Below are positions 47,962 to 57,949 of a stretch of 64,000 nt of DNA, in pieces. Location of the stretch: NCBI GenBank assembly GCA_963667175.2, contig CAXXXF010000018.1, forward strand, positions 96,001-160,000, read 5' to 3'. The notes below the pieces were generated by a model. It saw only the letters and a program-made list of their open reading frames with translations. It searched no databases and had not been told where the DNA came from. The position numbers and the translations under genes were made by a program. Position 1 is the first letter of the stretch, and every line of letters starts with the position of its first letter. The DNA comes from Candidatus Latescibacterota bacterium. GTDB taxonomy: Bacteria; Latescibacterota; UBA2968; GCA-2709665.

Positions 47962-49926
47962 ATGAACTCCGACCCCGGCTTCCGTGCGCCCAATGAGGAC
48001 GTCAGGGACGGCCTGACGCCGCGAGCCTTGCTGATCGGCCTTGCCTTGTGCGTGTTTCTGGGGCTGGTTCTGCCCTACAACCGCATGGTGATCCAGGGCC
48101 GGTGGTTGAACGCCTACTTCATAGACCGCGGCGCGCTGGTGCTCCTGTTCCTTCTGGTTCTGTTCGCCAATCCGCTGATCGCGGCACTGCGGAAACGATC
48201 CGTCCTTCACCGTGGCGAACTGCTGGCCATTTACGCGATGTTTCTGTTTCTGCTGCCCGTCTCGCAAATGGTCAAGCATCTGATCTCGTACCTGACCGGT
48301 GTTACCTATTACGCCTCTCCCGAGCGTCGGGACCTGGAGGCGGTGCTGCCCAATATCGTCTCCTGGACCGCTCCTCGGGACGCCGAGGTCGTCCGGGGTC
48401 TCTACGAGGGGCTGCCCGACGGGGTCCCGCCGCCCTGGGGGGCATGGCTCGTCCCGCTCCTCAGTTGGGGCGCATTTCTGCTGGCGCTCCTCTGGGTGCT
48501 GATCTGCCTGGCGGTTATCATCCGGAAACAGTGGGAGGACCACGAACGGTTCGCATTTCCCATCATGCAGGTCCCCCTTGAGGTGTGCGAGACCCGAAGC
48601 GGCAGGGTGGGACGCCTCTTCAGGAACCGCTTGGCGTGGGCGGGCTTCGCGATTCCGTTCGTGATCGGTTCGATCAACGCGTTGCACCACTACGTCCATA
48701 CGGTCCCCCGGATCGGTCTGGTCCACGACGTCTGGATCTTCGACGGTACGACGCCCTTTCGCCTCAGGCTCCACTTCGCTATTCTGGGGTACTCGTACTT
48801 CGTGAATACGGACGTGAGCCTGAGCATCTGGGTGTTCAACGTCCTCTCCAAGATTGTCCGAGGCGTGCTGGCGGTCCTGGGCGCGGAACGCTACAATGTA
48901 TCGGGCGTCGTGGGCCGGTTCAGTTCCCAGGGACACGCGTCTCTGGCCCTGATGGGCATGGGATACATGATCGTCCTGGCCGCGTACAGCCTGTGGGTGG
49001 GGCGCGAACACCTGCGGCAGGTTGCCGCGAGAGCGATGGGAAGACCATCGGCGGCGAACGACTCAGGCGAAGTGATGTCCTACCGGGCGGCGCTGATCGG
49101 AATTGGAGGAGGAACGCTTTACCTGGGAGGCTGGCTGTATCAGGCCGGGATGTCACCGCCGGTGATCCTGGCGCTGTTCGCCTCATGCTTCGTGGTGTTT
49201 CTGGTGATGGCGCGGATCGTGAGCGAGACCGGATTTGTGACCGCTTACTCGCCCATCAACCCGGCAGAATTCGCCGTTTGCATGGTCGGATCATCCGCTT
49301 TCAGCCCGCCGGGTCTGGTCACGCTGGGGTTCGGCTACGCATGGACGATGACGCGTACGAGCACGCTGATGCCCCGCGCCGCGGGCGCACTCTGGCTGGC
49401 CCGAAGGATACCCCGCACGAAGGGCCTGGTCTGGGCAATGGGTCTTGCCCTGGCCGTGGGGCTGATCACCGCGAGTACGATGACGCTCAAGCTCGGCTAT
49501 GCCCACGGCGGACTCAACCTGGATCGTCACTTTCTGGACTATGCGCGCCTGCCGTTCGATGCGTTCGTGGGCCGACGCATGCTGGAACCGAGTCCGGTCT
49601 TCACCAGAGGGATTCTGTACCTCGGATTGGGGGCCGCCATTGCGGCGCTTCTTGCAGCGATGCGAGCCCGTTTCACGTGGTGGCCGCTGCATCCCGTCGC
49701 GCTTCCCGTCAGCACAATAGCGTATACGGATTACTTCTTTATCAACGTCTTTCTGGCCTGGGGGATCAAGAGCCTGGTGTTGAGGTTCGGAGGCGCCAGG
49801 CTCTACAGGTCGACCCGCCCGTTTTTCATGGGCATCATCCTGGGGGAGGCCGTCTGCACCGGACTCTGGATCGCTGTCGATGCCTTCACCGGAACGGTGT
49901 CGAATATGTTCTTTCCGTACGCGTAA
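47962..49926 (+). CDS. polytopic membrane protein, DUF6785/DUF6784-like putative transporter
   Basis: many TM helices; KQWEDHERFAFP..VP and WWPLHP motifs, RPFFMGIILGE. Confidence 0.75.
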   Translation: MNSDPGFRAPNEDVRDGLTPRALLIGLALCVFLGLVLPYNRMVIQGRWLNAYFIDRGALVLLFLLVLFANPLIAALRKRSVLHRGELLAIYAMFLFLLPVSQMVKHLISYLTGVTYYASPERRDLEAVLPNIVSWTAPRDAEVVRGLYEGLPDGVPPPWGAWLVPLLSWGAFLLALLWVLICLAVIIRKQWEDHERFAFPIMQVPLEVCETRSGRVGRLFRNRLAWAGFAIPFVIGSINALHHYVHTVPRIGLVHDVWIFDGTTPFRLRLHFAILGYSYFVNTDVSLSIWVFNVLSKIVRGVLAVLGAERYNVSGVVGRFSSQGHASLALMGMGYMIVLAAYSLWVGREHLRQVAARAMGRPSAANDSGEVMSYRAALIGIGGGTLYLGGWLYQAGMSPPVILALFASCFVVFLVMARIVSETGFVTAYSPINPAEFAVCMVGSSAFSPPGLVTLGFGYAWTMTRTSTLMPRAAGALWLARRIPRTKGLVWAMGLALAVGLITASTMTLKLGYAHGGLNLDRHFLDYARLPFDAFVGRRMLEPSPVFTRGILYLGLGAAIAALLAAMRARFTWWPLHPVALPVSTIAYTDYFFINVFLAWGIKSLVLRFGGARLYRSTRPFFMGIILGEAVCTGLWIAVDAFTGTVSNMFFPYA

Positions 49927-49935
49927 AGCGACACC

Positions 49936-50217
49936 GGTGAGACCTAAGACGGGAGTTGACGTCCCTGCCCGGTTGGTTCTGCCTTTACGCCTCCGGCAAG
50001 AAATGAAGCCTCACGGGGCAATAAAACCGGTGAGACGTGAGCCGTTAGACGGTAGAGGAAGACGTTACCACAATGTCTTCACATTAACCGTGCCTGTTTT
50101 TTTACTGTTATCGTAACGACAAAAAAAACTATCGGTCACTGGTATCATCTCACGTCTCCCGTCTAACGTCTACCCGCTCTTCAGGCGCTCATTTCGTCTA
50201 CCGTCTCCCCTCTCACC
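49936..50217. repeat. nested heptamer-repeat arms forming inverted structures
   Basis: GGTGAGAC../GTGAGAC GTGAGCC GTTAGAC on the left; CTCACGT CTCCCGT CTAACGT CTAC and CGTCTACCGTCTCCCCTCTCACC on the right. Confidence 0.6.
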
Positions 50218-50270
50218 GCCTTTAGCTGATCGCTGTCTTTTGGCGACCGGACCACGGAACGGAGGGAAAA

Positions 50271-51041
50271 ATGAACTCAGATGAAACCGCGGAACCGGGC
50301 AGCGGCGGGACACCCGCTGTCGAACTGAACCAGACGTGGGACATGGGCCGCCTGGTGGACCTGACCTGCGATTACTTCAATGGCATGCCCGTGGATATGA
50401 CAGGCACATTGCCGTCGTTCCGGATGCGTGAACTGGACGAGGAGATGGAGGCCCTCTGCAGGGGTCGCGAGTACCGCAGTTACACCCAGGAAGTCCGGAT
50501 GTGCGTGCAGGCCGGCAACTATCTGGAAACGGGAGCGCACCTCTATCCCGATATGGAGTCGGTGGCCGACGTCGGCCTGGAACGGCTGTTTGTATCCGCC
50601 GTCGTCATGCATATCCCCAGAGGAAGGGACGTAAAGGTAACCGGCGCCGACCTGGACGGCGCACTGGCGGCCCTCGGCGAGACGGTCCAACCGGGGGATG
50701 GGATCCTTGTCGGGACGGGTTACAACCGGTTTGGCAGCAACGACGTTCGCTGCGACCTGACGCCGCACTTCAGCTACGACGCGATCGACTGGGCGGTGAG
50801 TCGAAAGCCTTCGATCCTGGCTTCGGATATGGCCAGTTGGCACGACGGGGAGGAAGAACCCAGTTTCTGGCCAATGCTGATGAGGTCCGGCGTGCTGGTG
50901 ATCGGGTCGCTGTTGAACGTGGCGGAGATCACCGCTTCCCGCATCCGGCTGATTGCCCTTCCGATGAAAATCAGAGGCGCGTGCGCGGCGCCCTGCAGGC
51001 TGATCGCCGTCCTTCCATCGCACAGGGCAGAAACCGACTGA
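50271..51041 (+). CDS. cyclase/kynurenine-formamidase-family protein with atypical active site
   Basis: VDLT, PGDGILVGTG, LIALPMKIRG..APCRLIA; metal motif reads QAGNYLETGAH. Confidence 0.7.
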   Translation: MNSDETAEPGSGGTPAVELNQTWDMGRLVDLTCDYFNGMPVDMTGTLPSFRMRELDEEMEALCRGREYRSYTQEVRMCVQAGNYLETGAHLYPDMESVADVGLERLFVSAVVMHIPRGRDVKVTGADLDGALAALGETVQPGDGILVGTGYNRFGSNDVRCDLTPHFSYDAIDWAVSRKPSILASDMASWHDGEEEPSFWPMLMRSGVLVIGSLLNVAEITASRIRLIALPMKIRGACAAPCRLIAVLPSHRAETD

Positions 51042-51094
51042 TTCACCGGAAAGCACGGAAACGCGAAGAAACGTCTTCAATCAAGGGGTATGTT

Positions 51095-52225
51095 ATGAAA
51101 ATTGCACGAATCACCGCCCATCGGCTCAGGGAATGTGAAATCAGTATGGAGAAGTGGACGCATTTCACGAAGTGGAAGGCGAGCGAGGACTGGATCGAGG
51201 ACGAAGACTTCGGCAAGAAGTGGATTTCGCCGACGTGTGTGTGCTACAACCCGACCGACGGCCTGGTCTACGTCGGGCTGACCGCGCTGGACAGGGATAT
51301 CTTCTATACATTCGACCCGCGTACCCACGCCTGGGAATCCCTCAACTATCCCGGCGAGCGGGACCGGTACGGCAGCAAGATCCACCAGGGCCTCGAGGTG
51401 GACGACCAGGGCCGCGTGTACGCGGGGGTCGCCACGCTGGGCGACGCCGATATCTGGCCGAAAGCCGCGGGCGGTCCGATTTTCAGGTATGATCCACGGA
51501 CCGGCGAGTACGAGTTTCTGTGCGTCCCGATCGAGCGCGACTACGTCCAGGGGTTCGTGATGGACCGTAGCCGAGGCATTATCTACGGCGATACGTTTCC
51601 AGGGAGAAAGATGTTTCGGTACGATATCGGAAGCGACAGTGCGCGCGTACTGACCATGCTGGGCGACGTATCCACCGAACATCTGGCGCTTGACGCGGAC
51701 GGCGGCGCCTGGCATACGTACGAACTGATGCAGTGGGCCGGGCGGTATCCGCTCCTGCGCTACGATCCCGACCGGGACGAGATCGATTTCACGAACGTGG
51801 ACCTGCCGGACGTATCGCCCGGAATCAAGGGGTCCAATCAGATGGATACGGCGTTGCTGACGGAGGACGGGACGCTGTACATCGGCACGTCCGCCGGGGC
51901 GCTGGCGCAACTGGACCACCGGGGCCCGGAAGTGAACGCGACGTATCTTGGAAAACCCTACGTCGCACCGCGCATGAAGGGACTGGTCGAGGGTCCGGAC
52001 GGGCTGATCTACGGCGTCAGCGGCGGAGACTACGACACGCACTTCTTCACGTACGACCGCGGGACAGGGTTGTTCGACAACCTGGGTCCCATTCAGGATT
52101 CGCAGGACGGAACGCGGTGCTGGCTGGCGCACCATATGTGCATGGTGGACGCGAAGACGTTCATCGTGGCGGAATCGGACAACCACTTCCGCGCGAGTTT
52201 CCTCTTCAAGGTGGAGCTGGATTAG
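51095..52225 (+). CDS. hypothetical beta-propeller protein
   Basis: repeated DG.VY.G and FRYDP blades; start 51095 or 51146. Confidence 0.7.
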   Translation: MKIARITAHRLRECEISMEKWTHFTKWKASEDWIEDEDFGKKWISPTCVCYNPTDGLVYVGLTALDRDIFYTFDPRTHAWESLNYPGERDRYGSKIHQGLEVDDQGRVYAGVATLGDADIWPKAAGGPIFRYDPRTGEYEFLCVPIERDYVQGFVMDRSRGIIYGDTFPGRKMFRYDIGSDSARVLTMLGDVSTEHLALDADGGAWHTYELMQWAGRYPLLRYDPDRDEIDFTNVDLPDVSPGIKGSNQMDTALLTEDGTLYIGTSAGALAQLDHRGPEVNATYLGKPYVAPRMKGLVEGPDGLIYGVSGGDYDTHFFTYDRGTGLFDNLGPIQDSQDGTRCWLAHHMCMVDAKTFIVAESDNHFRASFLFKVELD

Positions 52226-52245
52226 CTGCGGATCAAGGGAACCGT

Positions 52246-52806
52246 ATGGCCCTGATAGCGATCGGCGGATTCCCGGGCGCCGGAAAGACGACGATTTGCC
52301 GCAGACTCTCAGATGAGTTCAATCTGCCCCGCCTGAGTGCGGATACAATCGGCCGCGCAATAACAGAGTCCAAGGGCCTCCCGGACAGTGGCGCCGACGC
52401 ATTCCGGGTTGCATACGACGTCCTCTTCCGCCTGTGCGAGGAGTTTGTCCAGTCCTCGGCGCCAGTGATTCTCGATCTCACCCTCGGATGGGCCTTCCAC
52501 TGGCGGCGACTTGACGAGATTCTCTGCCGGCATCCCCGTACCTTGTTTCTTCCCGTCATCCTTCGGTGTCCACACGAACAGTGTATCGAACGAATCCGGA
52601 CGAGATACAAGGCGATGCCGGACGTCTACGCGGAACCCGATTACTATACCGGTGAGCAGAAGGTACGGGATATCTGGAATTATCTGGAGTCCATCGATCG
52701 ACCGGAGGTCCGTTTCGTGGATGCCGGCGGCGAGGAGGATCAGGTGTATGAGAAAGTCAAACAGTACGTTACGGTTCGGATGAAGAAGCCTGTCGGGAAG
52801 CCTTGA
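52246..52806 (+). CDS. AAA_33-like P-loop kinase
   Basis: GFPGAGKTT Walker A, VILD, RIRTR lid. Confidence 0.8.
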   Translation: MALIAIGGFPGAGKTTICRRLSDEFNLPRLSADTIGRAITESKGLPDSGADAFRVAYDVLFRLCEEFVQSSAPVILDLTLGWAFHWRRLDEILCRHPRTLFLPVILRCPHEQCIERIRTRYKAMPDVYAEPDYYTGEQKVRDIWNYLESIDRPEVRFVDAGGEEDQVYEKVKQYVTVRMKKPVGKP

Positions 52807-52956
52807 ACGTCGTCCGATCGCTGCCGCCCATGTTCAGGTCCGTTGAGGCGCCGGGGGGCAAGCCTGGCGCCCGGAGATACACCCGGCGAGTTCCGGGCCC
52901 GCCGGCCATAGTCCATACACGGGCCGCCGGCCGTACTTTGGAAAATCCGCTGTCGT

Positions 52957-54033
52957 TCAGACGATTTTCGGCTCCTCGATCGCGAGTTCTCCCGTCGCGC
53001 CCGTTTCGTACTCCTCGAAAGGATCGAAGTCGTCGAGCGTGCGCGCTTCCACCTGTATCCCGGCCGTCAGGCCAATATTGAAAAGCGCGTCGCCCTCGTG
53101 TACCAGCGGCAGGTTCGTGCGTCCGATGACAACGCCGTCCGACGGTGCCCGTATTTCCATTTCGGACTCGCCGAGCGGGTCCGCGACGATCGCCAGAAGT
53201 TGTCCTTCCTTAAACTGCACACCGGCGGATCTGGTTATTCGGACCACACCGCTGACCGGGGCGCGTACCCACCTTGTGGAGCGGACGATCAACGGATCGT
53301 GTGCCGGCGCGGCGCTACGCAATGGCGGCAGCATTCCCAGTTCGCGCATCACCCGCATCACGCCCTTTACGCCCGCACGAATTCCGGCTTCGTCGAAACG
53401 CAACGCCTCGCCGGCTTCATACACGATTACCGGAACGCCCCGCTCATGCGCGGACTGCCGTAGGCTCCCGTCCCGAAACCCCGCGTTGATCACGAGCGGG
53501 ACGCCAAAAGCCTGCGCGATCCTGGCAGCCTCGGGGTCTTCGAGGTTCACGCGGACCTGCGGATAGTTGCTTCGATGCACCGCCCCGGTGTGAAGATCGA
53601 TTCCGTGCGTCGAGCCCTCGACGATTTCATTTAGGAACTGCCTGGCGAGACGGGCGGCGAGAGAGCCTCGTGTCAATCCGGGAAAGGATCGATTGAGGTC
53701 TCGCCGGTCGGGCAGATAACGGCTGAGATTGAGAAACCCCGGAACGTTGACGATCGGCACAACGACAAGCGCCCCGCGGAGTCGTCTCAGCGCGCTCAAT
53801 TTCACGATGCGGCGGATGACTTCCACGCCGTTGAGTTCGTCGCCGTGCAGCGCTGCCGCCACAAACAACCTCGGCCCGTCGCGCCGTCCGTTGATGACGT
53901 GGACCTGCATGGTCAGGGGAACGCGGGTTGAAAGGTCGGTAATCGGCAGGTCAATTCGGATCCGCGTGCCGGGATCGCACGTCTGCCCGCCAATGCGTAC
54001 GACCCGCGATAGACCAGCTGTTCGCGCGCTCAT
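52957..54033 (-). CDS. succinylglutamate desuccinylase/aspartoacylase-family (M14-like) peptidase
   Basis: HGDELNG, DLNRSFPG, IDLHTG, YEAGE. Confidence 0.9.
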   Translation of the reverse strand: MSARTAGLSRVVRIGGQTCDPGTRIRIDLPITDLSTRVPLTMQVHVINGRRDGPRLFVAAALHGDELNGVEVIRRIVKLSALRRLRGALVVVPIVNVPGFLNLSRYLPDRRDLNRSFPGLTRGSLAARLARQFLNEIVEGSTHGIDLHTGAVHRSNYPQVRVNLEDPEAARIAQAFGVPLVINAGFRDGSLRQSAHERGVPVIVYEAGEALRFDEAGIRAGVKGVMRVMRELGMLPPLRSAAPAHDPLIVRSTRWVRAPVSGVVRITRSAGVQFKEGQLLAIVADPLGESEMEIRAPSDGVVIGRTNLPLVHEGDALFNIGLTAGIQVEARTLDDFDPFEEYETGATGELAIEEPKIV

Positions 54034-54036
54034 CGA

Positions 54037-54942
54037 TCATCCCCTTCCCCGGGTCCTGGTCTTCTTCGGTTTGGCATGGGTCTCGATGAATGAGATAATC
54101 CGCCCCGCAATGTCCAGCCCGGTCGCTTTTTCGATGCCTTCGAGCCCCGGCGTCGAGTTGACCTCCATCAACACGGGTCCGTGATTCGAACGCAGGAGAT
54201 CGACGCCCGCGACGTTCAGGCCCATCACTTTGGCGGCGCGCACGGCAGTCGAGCGTTCCTCCGGCGTAATGCGGATTCGCTCGGAGGCGCCGCCTCTGTG
54301 CAGATTGGATCGGAACTCGCCGGGCGCGCCATGGCGCATCATCGCGCCGACGACTCGATTGCCTATCACAAATGCGCGAATGTCCGATCCGCCCGCCTCT
54401 TTGATGAACTCCTGTACAAGGATGTTTATCTTGGCGCCCCGGAAGGCCTCGAATACACTTTTCGCTGATGACATGGTATTGCTGAGGATCACACCGACTC
54501 CCTGAGTGCCCTCGAGCAACTTGATGACGACCGGCGGGCCGTTCACCAACTTGATCATCTCCTCAGCCTGTTTCGCGGAATTGGCGAATCCGGTAACGGG
54601 CAGGCCGATCCCCTCGCGTGAAAGGAGTTGCAGACATTGCAGTTTGTCCCTGGCGCGTCCGATGGCCACGGACTCGTTCAGCGGCCATACCCCCATCATT
54701 TCGAACTGGCGCAATACGGCGAGGCCGTAAAAGGTAATGGATGCCCCGATCCGGGGAATTACGGCATCGTAGCCGGCAAGCGATTCGCCGCGATACGATA
54801 CCTGGGGACCGTGCGCGGTGATGTTCATGTTGCACTGGGTCGTGTTGATGATGTCCAACGTATGGTCCCTGGCTTCGGCCGCTTCGACGAGACGTCTGTG
54901 ACTGTAAAGATTCGGGTTGCGCGCAAGCATGGAAAATTTCAT
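54037..54942 (-). CDS. rimK: alpha-L-glutamate ligase RimK
   Basis: [51 protein letters not shown]. Confidence 0.95.
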   Translation of the reverse strand: MKFSMLARNPNLYSHRRLVEAAEARDHTLDIINTTQCNMNITAHGPQVSYRGESLAGYDAVIPRIGASITFYGLAVLRQFEMMGVWPLNESVAIGRARDKLQCLQLLSREGIGLPVTGFANSAKQAEEMIKLVNGPPVVIKLLEGTQGVGVILSNTMSSAKSVFEAFRGAKINILVQEFIKEAGGSDIRAFVIGNRVVGAMMRHGAPGEFRSNLHRGGASERIRITPEERSTAVRAAKVMGLNVAGVDLLRSNHGPVLMEVNSTPGLEGIEKATGLDIAGRIISFIETHAKPKKTRTRGRG

Positions 54943-54954
54943 CCTGCCTACCTT

Positions 54955-55554
54955 TCACGTTGTTTTTCGTTTTCGCTTCTTCGCTGTCCGGCGTCTGCCG
55001 CTTCCTGGTCTTCCAGTCGTGTACGTGGCGTCCGGATCGATGATCAGGCGCCCGCGCATCGCTTCGCGTCCGATGAGCACTCGGTATCCCATCTCGTCGC
55101 GGTTGGCAAGTGTAAGTTCTATGGGCCATGATTCGCCGCCGACGGTCAGGTCCGTAGAAATGACGATGCGCCATTCGCGCGAGCCGCCCGAATTGGTCAC
55201 CCAACGGCGGTCTTCGATCCGTGCCGCACAGCGTACAACCATTTTGTTGCTGCGTTGCAAGGGATACACGCGAAACCTGACCCAGGGTTGTCCTTCTTCT
55301 TCGTAGGATTCGACGTCCCAGGCATGGAGGACCGAAGTCCTTGCGCCGGTATCGAGTTTCGCCTTTATGGAGACGATTCCAAGCGACGGAAGCGACGCCC
55401 ACTCGCACCAGCCGCAGATTCGATGGGGAGTGTTGGCCGAAGCGCCTGTATCGCTGAATTTTTCCATTAGAGTCGGGTTCCCCGGTTGGAAGTCACCGCC
55501 GTCATTCGGTTCCGCAGCGCCCTTGTCCGTACGGACTCGGTATCGGTGGTTCAT
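54955..55554 (-). CDS. RimB-like retropepsin-fold protease associated with RimK
   Basis: GWCEW..LP, AKLDTGARTS.LHA, NSGG..E.R, LTLANRDEMGY..LIGR; start uncertain. Confidence 0.85.
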   Translation of the reverse strand: MNHRYRVRTDKGAAEPNDGGDFQPGNPTLMEKFSDTGASANTPHRICGWCEWASLPSLGIVSIKAKLDTGARTSVLHAWDVESYEEEGQPWVRFRVYPLQRSNKMVVRCAARIEDRRWVTNSGGSREWRIVISTDLTVGGESWPIELTLANRDEMGYRVLIGREAMRGRLIIDPDATYTTGRPGSGRRRTAKKRKRKTT

Positions 55555-55739
55555 CCGACGGATATTCTGCGCCGTTCAAGTTGGTTCTCGTTTTGCGGCG
55601 TTCTTGAGAATTCAATCGTCCCCGTTTTCATTGAGGCAGGGGTTGTTTTTCAGTGGGTTGCCTCCGTCAAGCGTTCGGCGAGGTTGAAGGCGAGGCAGCA
55701 CCGGGGGGTCTCCGCGTACCGGCGACGATCCATAGCCGT

Positions 55740-55862
55740 TCAGAACCACTTCCTGTTCCAGGAATAGCCCAATCCGATGTGCAGTTCGGACTTAAGCGCC
55801 AGTTTACTGACCTGGCTGTCTCGATGGAGAAAGAGGTTCGCGTTGAACGTGGCGGCCGGGTT
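55740..55862 (-). pseudogene. 3' remnant of a probable outer-membrane beta-barrel gene
   Basis: FNANLFLHRDSQVSKLALKSELHIGLGYSWNRKWF-stop: amphipathic strands and terminal Phe, no plausible 5' part. Confidence 0.4.
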
Positions 55863-55908
55863 GCCGGCCACGGACGTCTCTTCAACCGACTCGAAAGTGC
55901 GGGGTTCC

Positions 55909-56060
55909 GGCATCGGACGTCGGACGCCGGACGAACACGAACGCGTGCTGATTCTGAATACACTCGAACATACCGGCGGAAACCGGACCCATGCTGCGGA
56001 CATACCTGGCATCCTGAGGAAGCCGCCAGGGAAACCAGGCCTCCGCGCATACGGGTCGCT
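55909..56060 (+). pseudogene. 3' remnant of a sigma54-activator/Fis-type HTH
   Basis: EHERVLILNTLEHTGGNRTHAAD.GI.R matches the HTH_8 consensus; no upstream domains. Confidence 0.65.
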
Positions 56061-56095
56061 GAAGGCTTCCGCTGCACGTCAAGACGGGAAGACGG

Positions 56096-56123
56096 GAGAT
56101 TCTTCGCTGCGCTCGGAATGACA
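56096..56123. repeat. REP-like element half GAGATTCTTCGCTGCGCTCGGAATGACA
   Basis: resembles a widespread intergenic palindromic repeat (reads VIPSAAKNL on the minus strand); single copy here. Confidence 0.45.
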
Positions 56124-56210
56124 TGCGTTGCAATGACCATTGGCAAGACAGAATCCCGCCGTTCACGAAGGGGCGACGGGAATTAATCAATCGGCGCCGG
56201 TAATTCAGTT

Positions 56211-56450
56211 TCACTTGATGATTTTGAGTCGCTTCAGGTCTTCGACCTTTTCAATAATCAAATCCGGCCCAACAGGCAGCGGCTCTCCGTGTTTCTCCAG
56301 CGAATCGAGATAGGCCCTGATTCCCTCTCTTGTTCGCCGCAGGGCTTCCTTTCTGGTTGGTGTCCGATCTTGCGAGACGGAATTCAAACCTTCTATTTCC
56401 TTGTGTAGAGAAGTGGCGTACGATTCGGGTCGGCGGACCGGGCCGGACAC
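56211..56450 (-). pseudogene. HicB-like antitoxin, probably degenerate
   Basis: T..EAL..TREGI..YL.SL...GEPLP motif; N-terminus eroded; no hicA seen. Confidence 0.55.
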
Positions 56451-56641
56451 AAATATACCAGATGAAGGAGCGTGATGTCAATTCTCAGTTTCCCGCGATC
56501 CTTGAATCACACCTGGCCCCTTTACCCCACTGCCCCCGACGCGGGGGCGTTTCTGTTTGCCGGGAGAAAGATTAAGGGTTATTTTTATTATGACTTATTC
56601 AGCGCATCGTCGTCAATCGTCGCGATCGGAGAGCGTTTGAC

Positions 56642-57427
56642 GTGACGACCCTCGAGGCAATTCTTCTCGGACTGGTGCAGGGGCTGTCCGAATTCCTGCC
56701 GGTGAGCAGTTCCGGGCATCTCGTCCTGGGACGGGCCCTGCTGGGCATTCAGTCGGAGGACCTGGTATTCGAGGTGATCGTCCACTTCGGCACATTGCTC
56801 GCCGTGTTTACGGTTCTCGGCGGTCGGATCCGCGAGCTGGCATTTGGCTGTATACGACGGGAAGCGGCGTCCTGGCGAATGCTGCTGCTGTTGCTGGTCG
56901 GCACGGCACCTGCGGGCGCGGCGGGGTATTTCTTCGAGGATTACGTCGCATTTGCGTTTGGCAGTCCTGCTGCTGCGGCGGGATGCCTCGTCGCAACGGG
57001 AATCGTGTTGTGGAGTACCCGATTCGTTACGGGGAGTCGGGAGGAAATCGGTTTCGGCGACGCGTTGATGATCGGGTTTGCGCAGGCGCTGGCGATACTT
57101 CCCGGGATTTCGCGCTCCGGTCTGACGATCTGCGCGGGGTTGTGGCGCGGCGTTGACGGCAGGGAGGCGGCGTCTTTTTCGTTCCTGCTGTCTATTCCCG
57201 TAATTCTCGGCGCAACCGCGTTGAAAACGGGCGACCTGTTTGCCCATCCTCCGAACTGGAACGTGGGCGGGCCGCTGGTGGTGGGCCTGGCTGTGGCCTT
57301 CGCTTCCGGCGTGGTTGCGATCCGGTGGTTGTTTGCCGTGTTGAGGGGCGGCCGCCTGGACCGGTTTTCATACTATTGCTGGGCGATCGGATTTGCTGCG
57401 CTGGCGATCTTCCGGCTGCATTCGTGA
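56642..57427 (+). CDS. uppP: undecaprenyl-diphosphate phosphatase
   Basis: GLVQGLSEFLPVSSSGHL, HFGT, QALAILPGISRSG, FSFLLSIP. Confidence 0.95.
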   Translation: MTTLEAILLGLVQGLSEFLPVSSSGHLVLGRALLGIQSEDLVFEVIVHFGTLLAVFTVLGGRIRELAFGCIRREAASWRMLLLLLVGTAPAGAAGYFFEDYVAFAFGSPAAAAGCLVATGIVLWSTRFVTGSREEIGFGDALMIGFAQALAILPGISRSGLTICAGLWRGVDGREAASFSFLLSIPVILGATALKTGDLFAHPPNWNVGGPLVVGLAVAFASGVVAIRWLFAVLRGGRLDRFSYYCWAIGFAALAIFRLHS

Positions 57428-57438
57428 AGGGACTCCCT

Positions 57439-57834
57439 ATGCGCATTGCGATATGTATAACCACCGTGGCCGTATTGCTGGGGTGTGGAAGGAATTCAAA
57501 AGCTCTGGACGCCGAAGAGCTGTCGAATATGCTCTCCATAACGAACCTGTCCGCTCGGCCGGTGCTCAATCAGGACGATCCGCCCCTGATTGTCGCGGTG
57601 CGTATCGCGGCGGACGTGGTCCACGTTGGAGACGTTCCGGTCGACGCGCCCTTTATCCTGACCTGGCGTCTGGTGGACGATCAGAATGACACTGTGGGGC
57701 AGACCTCGAAACGACTGGAAGGAAATATGGCGCCCGGCGCCGTCCGACCCGTCACGCTGACGATTGAATTCGAGGCCAGGGAGACCGTCGCCGGGCTCCG
57801 GAACGTGGCGACGTTCGATCCGGTTTCGTCGTAA
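57439..57834 (+). CDS. hypothetical lipoprotein
   Basis: MRIAICITTVAVLLGC lipobox; beta-rich mature part. Confidence 0.65.
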   Translation: MRIAICITTVAVLLGCGRNSKALDAEELSNMLSITNLSARPVLNQDDPPLIVAVRIAADVVHVGDVPVDAPFILTWRLVDDQNDTVGQTSKRLEGNMAPGAVRPVTLTIEFEARETVAGLRNVATFDPVSS

Positions 57835-57907
57835 CCCAGAATTGGCTTGATTGCCTTCGTGGAATGTGGTATTTTCCGGTCCGAATCCTCGTTCAGGGAC
57901 TTCGAAT

Positions 57908-57932
57908 CCGGCATCGCTGCCGGGCTTTTTTT
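57908..57932 (+). terminator. possible intrinsic terminator
   Basis: CCGGCA-TCGC-TGCCGG followed by a T-run. Confidence 0.5.
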
Positions 57933-57949
57933 CGCCCGGAAGGGAACAG

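Noticed and set aside
50501-51094. N-terminal extension of the 574-aa ORF
   Set aside because: Overlaps the cyclase gene in another frame and is low-complexity Arg/Gly-rich; true start is probably 51095 or 51146
51733-52245. N-terminal extension of the kinase ORF
   Set aside because: Overlaps the propeller gene; Walker A follows the ATG at 52246
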